Assembly: GCA_032250835.1 (NCBI GenBank)
Contig: JAVVEA010000007.1
Coordinates: forward strand, 1 to 64,000
Length of the DNA: 64,000 nt
Source of the DNA: a bacterium
Lineage (GTDB): Bacteria > SAR324 > XYD2-FULL-50-16
Direction: 5' to 3'
Position 1 is the stretch's first letter, and every line of letters starts with the position of its first letter. A program made the position numbers and the translations under genes. Positions 18,838 through 27,826 of the stretch are shown here, in pieces. The notes beneath the pieces were generated by a model that did no database searches, was not told the origin of the DNA, and saw only the letters and a list, made by a program, of their open reading frames with translations.

Positions 18838-19473
18838 ACTTTCGATGGCCTTCTTGAGTAAGGCGGTGACCTCTTGGGCCATACCCAACATCTCCGGCCG
18901 TCCCACAGGGACAAACATTTTCACCGGATGGGCCGCCGAAACCAGAAACCGCCCAGGGGCCAATTCACGAACAATCACGTTGCAAGGCAACAACAATCCC
19001 ATATTTGGCTCGTTGCTAATGCCGTGGTAGGCGAAGCCAGGGTTGCAGAAACCCAAAATACCGTATGGCGGTAGATCCTTGTCGAGTTTCTTCTTCATCG
19101 TCGCTTTCACGTCGATCTCGGTCAGCAGCCCAAAACCCACCTCTTTAAGGGCGGCAATGGTCTTCTCGCGGACTGCGTCATATTCGCCAGCCACTTCGGT
19201 AGCCATGCCATAGTCACCGCCGGGCAATTCAACTGGGCCATAAGCTTGGTCCAGATAGGCGATGATTTCTAGGCTATCGGTGATCACTTTGTCCCCGTCG
19301 ATCAGGGCAGGAACAGCTTGTTGGCCCGTCTTCTCGATCAGTTCGGCGCGTTGGGCCCCTTCATGGGGGACGGCCTTAGAGACGTAATCCAGCCCTAAAA
19401 AGTCAAGTTTCCTGCGAACTAGATGACAATAAGGGCAATCTTCAATATGATATAGGAATATCTTAATATTCAT
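18832..19473 (-). CDS. Glutaredoxin/GST-N domain fused to a DUF302 domain
   Basis: CPYC...TGQQAVPAL.D...DSLEIIAYL, then GFGLLTEIDVKATMKKKL..Y.ILGFCNP..GLLLPCNV. Confidence 0.85.
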   Translation of the reverse strand: MNIKIFLYHIEDCPYCHLVRRKLDFLGLDYVSKAVPHEGAQRAELIEKTGQQAVPALIDGDKVITDSLEIIAYLDQAYGPVELPGGDYGMATEVAGEYDAVREKTIAALKEVGFGLLTEIDVKATMKKKLDKDLPPYGILGFCNPGFAYHGISNEPNMGLLLPCNVIVRELAPGRFLVSAAHPVKMFVPVGRPEMLGMAQEVTALLKKAIESL

Positions 19474-19483
19474 ATGAGGCACC

Positions 19484-19699
19484 ATGCTTGATCAGATTCT
19501 CGATTATAAACTCTTGATTCCGGCGGCCGTTCTGTTGGGATTGGCCCCCTTTTTCCCTGAACCCCACTTAGTTGAAAAGCTGCGGATGCTGATGCAAGGC
19601 GAGTTGAAGCGACCAATCGACATCTTCGACCTGTTTTTTCACAGCTGGCCGATGTTGTTGATCGCCTACAAATTGGTGCGCGACCTGTTGCCTGGATAG
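19484..19699 (+). CDS. Small conserved membrane protein
   Basis: LGLAPFFPEPHLVEKLRML..G.L.RPIDIFDL..H, a recurring small hypothetical family; two hydrophobic segments. Confidence 0.7.
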   Translation: MLDQILDYKLLIPAAVLLGLAPFFPEPHLVEKLRMLMQGELKRPIDIFDLFFHSWPMLLIAYKLVRDLLPG

Positions 19700-19716
19700 G
19701 AAACAGGCCGGCTGGA

Positions 19717-20073
19717 TTAGTGGGCGCAGAAGATTTTTTGGATCATAGCGAACAACTCCACCATGTCCTGATTAGCCACCGAGTAGAGCGAAAAATTGCC
19801 CTGGCGGCGGCTGCTCAAAATCCCCCGGTCCTTTAACAAGGACAAGTGCTGGCTTAAGGTAGCCTGGGCAATACCCACGTATTGCTCTAGCTGCTGGACC
19901 GAATGTTCCCCGGTCAGCAACACACACAGGATTTTTAAGCGCTGAGGATGAGCCAACACCTTAAGGCAACGGACCGCCTTGTCAATGTTCTCTTCCTGAT
20001 CATCAAAGAGCGCTTCAAGCGTTTTGACGAGTTCGGGATTGGTTTCGCCAGTTTTTTTGGTCATCGTATTCAT
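19717..20073 (-). CDS. ArsR/SmtB-family repressor, BigR/SqrR (persulfide-sensing) type
   Basis: LAHPQRLKILC (alpha2 Cys), LSQHL..L, C-terminal FC (alpha5 Cys). Start ATG 20073 or 20064. Confidence 0.85.
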   Translation of the reverse strand: MNTMTKKTGETNPELVKTLEALFDDQEENIDKAVRCLKVLAHPQRLKILCVLLTGEHSVQQLEQYVGIAQATLSQHLSLLKDRGILSSRRQGNFSLYSVANQDMVELFAMIQKIFCAH

Positions 20074-20098
20074 CCGAGCCGTTCTGGGATAAGGTTGA

Positions 20099-20144
20099 AT
20101 ATGAGTGTATACTGATATGGATATGTTTAAAAGTGGAAACATAT
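20099..20144. promoter_or_regulatory. Two tandem palindromes upstream of the ArsR gene (probable autoregulatory operators)
   Basis: ATATGAGT-GTAT-ACTGATAT (20099-20118) and ATATGTTT-AAAAGTGG-AAACATAT (20121-20144); a minus-strand TACACT -10-like hexamer lies within the first. Confidence 0.6.
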
Positions 20145-20545
20145 TGCCGATACTTTATCAACTTAGTCAAGTTACTTAGGATAAAAACCTCTGATCATCG
20201 CTTCTTCCCTATTAGCTAAGCCTTTGCTAAAGTACACCAAACCGGTCAACTTATTAAAAAGTTGCTATAAATGTTAGTGATAAGCTGAGCGGAATGGTCA
20301 AGTATAAGCAGTTATTTGGTAGGCTAGGCCACCGAACAACCGGCCTGGGCCCCGATTGCCGGAAGGAGCCGCCCTCTAAGATTCCAAGCAAAAGTCGAAG
20401 CCCTTGGACGCAAAGAAAATAATTGGATCCGAGAAATCCGCACCGCCTCAGCCCCGCTGCCGAAAGCAGTCCCTCCGGTCCCCAATATAACTCCTAGGCT
20501 TTCTAGAAGCAAAAAATCGGGTGCCCAAAGTCTCTGTCCCTGAAC

Positions 20546-23086
20546 TCACCCTGAAGCCCTGGGAAACATCAGCGAAAAGGTGGTTCCTTGGTTTGGCTGG
20601 CTGCAACCGAATAGCTGCCCCCCATGCAATCCCACAAACTCCAAACAAAGCGCTAACCCCAATCCACCGGCCTGAGCCGCAAGGCCATCCCTTGGATCTC
20701 TAAGTAGTGCGGCCAAGGTCTCGGGCTCCATGCCGGGCCCGGTGTCGGCCACCAAAATCTGGACAAACGCGCCGTTGGATCGGCAAGAAATTTTGATGCC
20801 CTCCTGGGGCTTTGCTGCCTTAAAGGCGTTTTCGACCAAATTACGTAGGATCGTCTCTAACATCAAAGGATCTGCATAAACCCGCAACGAGGGCGCACAT
20901 TCCCAACTTAAATCGACCTGCTTCAGTGCAACCTGGATTTTAAAAAACTCCAACTTCCGTTCTAGGAAGGATGCCAACTCAAGGTTGGTGGGAGCAAAGC
21001 CGATTTGCGACTGTTGGCTTTTTCCCCAGATCAACAGGTTTTCCAACACATGACGGGCTTCATGGGTGCTGGCCCGCACCGCATCCAATAGGCCTTGATC
21101 AAATATTTGTGGGTTCTTTACCACCTGATGGAAGACGATCTCCAAACCGCTCATAGTCCCCCTGAGATCATGGCCGATGATCGAAAGCAGCTTGTTCTTG
21201 GTGGCAATCGAGCGATCCTTGGCCTCATTCGAAGCATCCAAGCGCTCCGCAAGACTTTGGAGTTGGGCATTGAATCGCCTCAGTCGCTTTCGTTCCCACA
21301 GCAGCAGCGCGGCAAAAAAAGTAACCGCCAGCAGCACCCGCCAAGCGATGGCGAAAGAGGTTTCAAAGCGGGCCTGCAACCGAACCCAATTGGCCAACAA
21401 CTCAAGGATTTTGGTCTTGCCGAGCTTGCCAATCAGTTTATTGATCACCTGGATCAACTGAGGTTCGTCGTTGCGCACTCCCACCGATACGATCAAATCG
21501 GGTTTGGTTCGAAAGGCGGGCATCAATTGCTCGTCAAACTCGGCTATGATCCGGTGGATAGTCTCGTAATCCCCGGCGATAAAGGCCGCTAATTCGCCCA
21601 GGACCACCCGCTTTAGGCCCGCTCGGACCGTTTCGGTCTCCACAAAGGTAACTTGGGGGAATTTTTCCCTAAAGTACTCGGTCTGAGCGCCCCCTTCAAT
21701 AATCCCTACCCGACGGTTTTTAAAGTCATATAAACTCTGCTCATGGCCTGTACCCACCGGGGTCACCACCAGACGCGGCAGCTGCAGTATCGGCGCAGAA
21801 AAACTCAAGAAGCTACTTAGCTCTTCATTGGCTTCCATCAGCGGCATCAAGTCGCATTTTCTTTCACGAAGCGCTTGGATGGATTCACTCAACCGATCCA
21901 CCTCAAGAAACTCCGGTTCAACTCCAGAGAAGTCCTCTAGTACGTCCAGATAGCCAGACACCAAGCCGATGGCTTTGGCGAGCCAAACGCTGCTAAAGGG
22001 CATCCACAAGGGATCGACACAAATGATCAGCTTTCGTTTCTTATCCAGATATTCCCGCTCGGCTTGACTCAAGACGGTATCCACCGGGATTCGGCTTCCC
22101 AGCGCCCGCTCCAAAGAGAGGGTGTTAAGCTCTGCTGCTTCGTCCAGCATTCTGGCCCCCTTTAGCTGAAGAAAGAGCCGCTCTGCCAGCTTAAAATCCC
22201 CGGTACCAATAGGGAACAAGTCGCCCAGAATCAGCCTAGCGGTGACCTCTGCCTCCTTACGGAGGGCGGCTTTGGATTTTTCTTGGGAATATTGGCCGTA
22301 TATTAGGTTGATGGCCTCTTCCGGGTGGGCCAGCGCATACTCCCAGCCCCGGTTGCTGGCCTCGACGAATTTTCTGGTTCTTTGGGGGTGCAGGTAGACC
22401 TCCTGCTCCGAAGCAAACAGGTTGACCGCAGTGGTATAAAAACCATAGTCGAAGGGGTCCAAGATACGGTGTTTTATCTTCTTTTCCCTTAAGGAGATGA
22501 CCTCATTGGAGGTAAACGCCGTCATCGCATCCACTTTACCGGAGATGAAGTCATCTAGTTGGTGGGTCGCTGGTAAGACGGTCATTTCCGATTGCAGCCC
22601 AAAATGATTGAGCATCATGCCCAGCGAGGAGTTTTGCAGCTCATACTTGGCGGCCATCACCTTTTTCCCGACCAAGTCTTGGGGTTTGACGATCTCGGGC
22701 TTGACCACCAACACCAACGGAGACCGCCGGAAGTAGCTCGCCAGCAAGACCGAAGGCCGGATCTGACGCCCCTGAACGATGAACATGGAATTGAGCAAAC
22801 CATAGTTCTCTTGGCCCGACAAAACCAGCTCGCCCGTATCCAACTGAGGGTCGAATTCCTTGAGGGTGACGTCCAATCCGGCTTCGCGGTAGTAGCCCAA
22901 TTCCTTGGCCACAATAAAACCGGCAAACTGGAACTGATACTTCCAAGAAAGCCGCAAGACCACCGACTCCAAACGGTCTTGGGCTATCAATCCTGGTGAC
23001 GAAAAGAATAGCAACAACAAAAAGCTACTGACCGACCGCAGTAGCTGAGCCCGAATTGGGTTCTGTGATGGGCTTAAGCGGGACAT
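20546..23086 (-). CDS. Sensor histidine kinase with an NMT1/THI5-like and a second periplasmic binding domain
   Basis: L.WKYQFQFAGF..A.E.GYY...GLDV (NMT1-like), PBPb domain, TM, IIGHDLRG H-box, NLVENA, DTGPG, GLGL; no adjacent response regulator. Confidence 0.85.
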   Translation of the reverse strand: MSRLSPSQNPIRAQLLRSVSSFLLLLFFSSPGLIAQDRLESVVLRLSWKYQFQFAGFIVAKELGYYREAGLDVTLKEFDPQLDTGELVLSGQENYGLLNSMFIVQGRQIRPSVLLASYFRRSPLVLVVKPEIVKPQDLVGKKVMAAKYELQNSSLGMMLNHFGLQSEMTVLPATHQLDDFISGKVDAMTAFTSNEVISLREKKIKHRILDPFDYGFYTTAVNLFASEQEVYLHPQRTRKFVEASNRGWEYALAHPEEAINLIYGQYSQEKSKAALRKEAEVTARLILGDLFPIGTGDFKLAERLFLQLKGARMLDEAAELNTLSLERALGSRIPVDTVLSQAEREYLDKKRKLIICVDPLWMPFSSVWLAKAIGLVSGYLDVLEDFSGVEPEFLEVDRLSESIQALRERKCDLMPLMEANEELSSFLSFSAPILQLPRLVVTPVGTGHEQSLYDFKNRRVGIIEGGAQTEYFREKFPQVTFVETETVRAGLKRVVLGELAAFIAGDYETIHRIIAEFDEQLMPAFRTKPDLIVSVGVRNDEPQLIQVINKLIGKLGKTKILELLANWVRLQARFETSFAIAWRVLLAVTFFAALLLWERKRLRRFNAQLQSLAERLDASNEAKDRSIATKNKLLSIIGHDLRGTMSGLEIVFHQVVKNPQIFDQGLLDAVRASTHEARHVLENLLIWGKSQQSQIGFAPTNLELASFLERKLEFFKIQVALKQVDLSWECAPSLRVYADPLMLETILRNLVENAFKAAKPQEGIKISCRSNGAFVQILVADTGPGMEPETLAALLRDPRDGLAAQAGGLGLALCLEFVGLHGGQLFGCSQPNQGTTFSLMFPRASG

Positions 23087-23452
23087 AGACTTCTGGTGAA
23101 ACCACAAATAAGGGTGGGATCGAGAGTTTTCCGCAGAACATAGGGTTTTCCAGGCGGGCCAACCAACTTACTGCCCGCCGCCAATCGGTCCCGTGGGGCA
23201 CCACGAAAAACCGGACGCAGGCCGCCAAACAACCTTTGGGAACCGCGACCTCCGTCCAAAGTAGCCGGACCGTCTCGACCTCTTTCGAAGGAAGCCGGCA
23301 AAGGCGGTCTAGCGGTTGGAGTTGTCTTCTGTCCGACCAGTATCAGACTTCCCAGATATCAAACCGAGCCATCTGACGCCGAGAATCTAAAGCCTTGCTT
23401 CATCGGGTCAGTCCTCCCCGCAATGGCAACACCTTCCTAGGTCGAGCGGGCT

Positions 23453-26400
23453 CTAACCAAGCCCGTAATAGGCGCGGACTTCGGGGAACATATCGTTTTC
23501 ATAGACCCTGAAGGCCAAAAACTCCTCGTCTGTTTCCAGGTTATCGATTAGGTACTTGAGCTTGTAGAAGTAATCCAAGTATTTTTGGATTTCGCGCATC
23601 ATGTCTTCTTCAAAGTCGCCGGAGATGATCACAAAGGTAAGGTCCGAGGATTCGGCCCGCATCAATTCGGCACCCATCTGTTCCACACAACGCTGGTGGA
23701 ATTCGCTCAACTCACCGCGCACTGCTTTACCCAAATAATGACGCTGGATGCTGTCTCCGCGCTGCAATTCGCGCTGGGTCCAGGCTACCTTGGCATCGGT
23801 CCAGCGGATGTGGCAGGCCTCATGGCCCCAAGTGCTGGGGTTCGGGGTGGCTTCGGGCAATTGGGGATGACCGACCAGATAATGGCTGGGGGTGGTCAAA
23901 CCGATATGGTCCGAGTTGCGGTGGAATTCGCGCAACAGCTCTTCTAAGAACACCGGCCCTTCGGACCAATGGTGGCCGAACAATTCGGCGTCATAGGTAC
24001 AGGTGATCAACGGCTGAGCTGGCATAGGCCAATGGCGCAGTTGGTCTGCCTTGCCGCAAAGCTTGCGGTAGAAGTCCTGGGCCATCTCGCGAGCCACCTG
24101 ATGAGCTTGGTCGGGATCATAAGGGGCTTTTTCGCTGCTCGTCTTGCTGGTGATCCGCTTGAGCGGCAGGCCCCAATGGCGGTGGTGGTATTCACGGAAG
24201 TCCGGGTGTCCGGCGTAGCCGATCTCGGCGTCCCAAACCTGCACCCGGCCCATACGCGAGCGCCCAAAGGCGACGACGTTGCTGCTGGGGCTGAGTAGTG
24301 GGTTAAACTCTTCGCTGCTGGGCCTTGCCGAGGCCCCTAAGACCGATTCGGCCTCAACAAAGTAATAATGCAGCCCTTCTTTTTCCAACCATTTGTCCAC
24401 CCCAGGGAAGCAGCTGTTTTCAGCCAGCCAAATCCCCTTGGGCCGGTCACCGAAGATGCGGTGGTGGGCTCTTGCCGCTAGGGCAATCTGGGCATCTAAA
24501 GAATCAGGCATGGTCTCTAAACAAGCAGGCATACCGTGAGTCGCCGTACAGGTAGACAACTCCAAGAAACCTGAAAGTTCCAAACTACGGAAGGCCCCGA
24601 TCATGTCCTTGTGGATGCCGTGATTATAGAAAAAATCCAAGCTCTTTAGTTGATCTAAATATTTCTGGGCCGCCCAAATATACGCAGGGTTTTCCAAACG
24701 GGACTTCATCAGCGCAATCTGTGCGCGGCAATGGCTTTGCAAACGCAGCAAGAAGCGGCTCATGTAGTCTTTAAAGCGCGGGTGGCTGATCATATAGGCC
24801 ACCGGCGGGGTGATGTCTAGGCTGACCTGATAATCCACCCCTTCATCGGCTAGTTTTTTAAAGACCATCAGCAAAGGCAACCAAGCATCCGCGCAGTTGC
24901 GCAGCGCCCATTCGCCCGGCGGATTGTGGACCTCTGCCCCGTCTTGGGTTCGGATGGGCCAGGGGAGGTCGCGCAGGTAGCTGTCGCGGAAAGGCTCGAC
25001 CCGGAACAGGTTGGGCGAGTGCATGTGCAGGTGCAGCATCACCTTAGAGACGTTGTTCGAGTCATGACCCTGGGCGTGACGCACTTCGCGCTGGCTGGTG
25101 TGGTGCCAATGAGTCCCAAGACCCCGAGAGCCTGCCTCAAAGCCCGCGCTAGTGTTGAGCGGACGGGGAGTGACGATGGACTGACTGACCGGTGTCAAGG
25201 CCGCCTCCTCATGATGCCGCCGCGCGACGATTTCCGCCGAGAAGCGCCGGTCCGGTTCCACTTCTATATATAAGTTCTGGTGCTCGCTGAACAGGTCTAC
25301 CAAATGGGCCGTCAGATCCTTGCGTTCGAGACGGCTGCCCAGATGTTCTTCGTGGATTTTTAAGTAAAAACCCACCTCTTCTATACCGCAATGCCAACGG
25401 TCTTTCACAAAGGCCGCCACCCCGGCACGTTCCAACTCCCAATAGACCAGTAACCGACGGTCGCTGTGCGGCTTGAGCACGACCATGGGCTCGAAGTGGT
25501 CCCGGTAGACTTTGCCGGACTTAAAGAGCGTCACTTCGTTCTTCGGTTCGGCAAGGTCATATAACACCCATTGGGCGCTGAATTCTTCGCCAGAATCACC
25601 GGGTGTCCAGTCCCACCGGGTCAGGTGGGCCGGTTCGCGTTGGAATTCTTGCCAGGGGTGCCCCTCGACCTTAAAAAACAAGGCCAATTCCACAAAAGAC
25701 TGGTCCCAAGAGGCATGGGGGTTGAGCTTATAAAGCCTTCCCTGGGCCTGTTGGACCTCTTCTTCGGTGGCAAAGAGTAAACCCTCTTGTGGCAGGGTAT
25801 CAAACTGTTTGTCGTAAAGCGGAAATTTGTAAAATTCCCGGTGGCGGCTGGTCACCTGAATCGAGAGCCGCCAGCCAGTGATATCTTTGGGTTTTTCCAG
25901 GCCCCATTCTTTGGTCTGGATCACCTCGGCTAGTTTTAAGTCCGGTGCGGCCGAAAAACCCATCTGGCGAACCTCCCACACCGACTTCCCTTGCTCACAA
26001 AGCACCACCTTGCCACCAATGCGGTAGCTGGGCGTTTTGGGGTACTGGGCCAAGAAGGCCGCGCGGAAGAAGCTGCGCATGTCGAAGAAAGGTTCGATCT
26101 CGGCGCGGCATTGGAACTTAGGGCTCGGGGTGACTGAACGACTGAAAAAGAAATCGGCCTCACGTTTTTCTAGCGTCACCTCTAACTTAGCGGCAACTTC
26201 ACAAGATTCCAGGTTGGTTTGGGCGTTAAAGAGTTCCTCACCCTTCTCAAAACGCATAGAAATCTGTCCCGGACGGTCTTGGATAAAGGATTCGGGCAGG
26301 GCGTCAATATGCACCCGCTCGCTCAACTTCCCGTCCACCAAGACCTCAAGCCACTCGCCTTGGTTCATGCCCCGCAGGTCCATGTTACCCCAAACCAACT

Positions 26401-26722
26401 TAAGCAGGTTTTCGTGCTCAGCGATCAGGTCGACCCAAGGCACCGGTTTGAGTGACGAGTGCACCTGATAAACTAGGTGCTGTACCTTCAGCAGTTCCAC
26501 CAGATAGCTAGCCCCGCCCTTTAAGCCGAAGAATAGGGGGCCATCGGAGTTGGGGCGGGCGAACTCGGCGGGGAGGTGTTTCTCTTTGGGTGTAACCCGT
26601 ACCAAGAAATATTCCTGTTCCAGGTTGATTTCCGGTAGCTTAGACCAGTCAAAAAAGAGTTCCACATAAGGCCCGACCCGTTGGATCAGCGTCAGGCCGT
26701 TGGTTTGGAATTGGCGGTTCAT
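23453..26722 (-). CDS. GH57 (1,4-alpha-glucan branching enzyme-like) protein with a ~560-aa N-terminal extension
   Basis: HLHMHSP, ELSTCTATHG, GIWLAE (nucleophile), YDAELFGHHWSEG (acid/base), AESSD; ATG 26722 overlaps the upstream stop. Confidence 0.85.
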   Translation of the reverse strand: MNRQFQTNGLTLIQRVGPYVELFFDWSKLPEINLEQEYFLVRVTPKEKHLPAEFARPNSDGPLFFGLKGGASYLVELLKVQHLVYQVHSSLKPVPWVDLIAEHENLLKLVWGNMDLRGMNQGEWLEVLVDGKLSERVHIDALPESFIQDRPGQISMRFEKGEELFNAQTNLESCEVAAKLEVTLEKREADFFFSRSVTPSPKFQCRAEIEPFFDMRSFFRAAFLAQYPKTPSYRIGGKVVLCEQGKSVWEVRQMGFSAAPDLKLAEVIQTKEWGLEKPKDITGWRLSIQVTSRHREFYKFPLYDKQFDTLPQEGLLFATEEEVQQAQGRLYKLNPHASWDQSFVELALFFKVEGHPWQEFQREPAHLTRWDWTPGDSGEEFSAQWVLYDLAEPKNEVTLFKSGKVYRDHFEPMVVLKPHSDRRLLVYWELERAGVAAFVKDRWHCGIEEVGFYLKIHEEHLGSRLERKDLTAHLVDLFSEHQNLYIEVEPDRRFSAEIVARRHHEEAALTPVSQSIVTPRPLNTSAGFEAGSRGLGTHWHHTSQREVRHAQGHDSNNVSKVMLHLHMHSPNLFRVEPFRDSYLRDLPWPIRTQDGAEVHNPPGEWALRNCADAWLPLLMVFKKLADEGVDYQVSLDITPPVAYMISHPRFKDYMSRFLLRLQSHCRAQIALMKSRLENPAYIWAAQKYLDQLKSLDFFYNHGIHKDMIGAFRSLELSGFLELSTCTATHGMPACLETMPDSLDAQIALAARAHHRIFGDRPKGIWLAENSCFPGVDKWLEKEGLHYYFVEAESVLGASARPSSEEFNPLLSPSSNVVAFGRSRMGRVQVWDAEIGYAGHPDFREYHHRHWGLPLKRITSKTSSEKAPYDPDQAHQVAREMAQDFYRKLCGKADQLRHWPMPAQPLITCTYDAELFGHHWSEGPVFLEELLREFHRNSDHIGLTTPSHYLVGHPQLPEATPNPSTWGHEACHIRWTDAKVAWTQRELQRGDSIQRHYLGKAVRGELSEFHQRCVEQMGAELMRAESSDLTFVIISGDFEEDMMREIQKYLDYFYKLKYLIDNLETDEEFLAFRVYENDMFPEVRAYYGLG

Positions 26723-27384
26723 CGGCTTGCTTGGGGATGGGGTTGGTTGAGTTGTCGGTACAGCCGATAAGCCTTTAGATAAGGCAAACGGGCCAAAAAG
26801 AGGAACAGCGCCAGCACCAGTCTCCAAGTGAAGATCCGGCCTTCTAGGCGAATATTGTGGTCTCCGGTAAAACTGCTAATCAGTCGAAACCGAGGACCTA
26901 AGGGCAAAGACGCGGCGACTCCGGCCAAAAGGCCTTGGCTATAGGCGTCCATACCGCCGTAGGTTAATTGCAACCGGTCAAGCCGTAAGGCCGCCCATAG
27001 GCCCAAGCCCAGTTGCTTGAGTCGGCCCAAGACGATGCGGGGCACCGGGTGTTTGAGTAACATTTTAGCTTCGGCCCAGCCGATATGCGGTCTATTGCGC
27101 TTTTTCTTCGGCTTATTGAGCGCCTTTTTATCTTGCTTTGGCTTCTGGGTCTTGGCCAGTTGCTTCTTCTTTTTGGGCTCGCCAGTCCCCCAAGACCACC
27201 AAAAAAGCCCTAACCACAGTCGTTTGCGGGCTTGTTGCTCAGGCTTATCCAGCGCGAAACCCAACAGTCCCCAATGGACCTCAAAGCTGAAGGGTTCCCA
27301 GCTAAAGGAGAGACGCAACGGGAGCCACAATGCCCAAAACAGACAAACCGGGAGCAGCGCGAACAGCCAGAGCCAATCCATCAC
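26719..27384 (-). CDS. DUF2953/YtfI-like membrane-associated protein
   Basis: N-terminal TM, Lys-rich linker, G..D...G...G motif; ATGA-coupled to the YtfJ-like gene. Confidence 0.6.
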   Translation of the reverse strand: MMDWLWLFALLPVCLFWALWLPLRLSFSWEPFSFEVHWGLLGFALDKPEQQARKRLWLGLFWWSWGTGEPKKKKQLAKTQKPKQDKKALNKPKKKRNRPHIGWAEAKMLLKHPVPRIVLGRLKQLGLGLWAALRLDRLQLTYGGMDAYSQGLLAGVAASLPLGPRFRLISSFTGDHNIRLEGRIFTWRLVLALFLFLARLPYLKAYRLYRQLNQPHPQASR

Positions 27385-27758
27385 GAACTCGGATCGGATT
27401 CCTTCTTAGGCTTGCCCTTAGCCCGCTCAAAGACGCCGACCAGCTTATCTAAGACCTCAGGGACACGGTCCATTATATTCTCAATACTGCCCGAAGCGAG
27501 ATTGTGGATCGAAACCTCTCCGTTTTTAACCACCAAAAAGGCTTCGGGGGTCAACAGAACCCCGCCACCGCCACCACCGCCGTCGCGGTCTTTGGTGATC
27601 TCTCCGTTACCGAAGCCAAAACCCATTTTCACCGAATTCACCGGGATAATGGTCACGCCGCCCACTTCGTAGGGGGCACCGAATACGGTTTCCGAACGGA
27701 TTAACTCTTTAAGTTGGGGCAGAAAGTCCTGCAGCAACGATTCTTTCACTTTGTCCAT
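27381..27758 (-). CDS. GerW/YtfJ family protein
   Basis: ETVFGAP..VGGVTIIPV..V.MGFGFG...GGGGGGGV..TPEAFLVV. Confidence 0.85.
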   Translation of the reverse strand: MDKVKESLLQDFLPQLKELIRSETVFGAPYEVGGVTIIPVNSVKMGFGFGNGEITKDRDGGGGGGGVLLTPEAFLVVKNGEVSIHNLASGSIENIMDRVPEVLDKLVGVFERAKGKPKKESDPSS

Positions 27759-27826
27759 AACTACCGGTTAGCTTTGGCTCTAAACTACCTTCTTTTAGGG
27801 CCGAAGACAAAGGATTTCTGTGCCCG

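Noticed and set aside
19717-20142. 141-aa extended version of the ArsR ORF from the track
   Set aside because: The extension runs through the palindromic operator/promoter region; ATG 20073 or 20064 gives a typical ArsR length.
20330-20520. Faint reverse-strand resemblance to 3430-3570 of the repeat region
   Set aside because: Similarity is too patchy to distinguish from chance by eye.
23108-23452. Intergenic stretch and short ORFs upstream of the NMT1-type kinase (TPP riboswitch considered)
   Set aside because: No TPP core (CTGAGA...CCTGA) seen and the ORFs are not protein-like.
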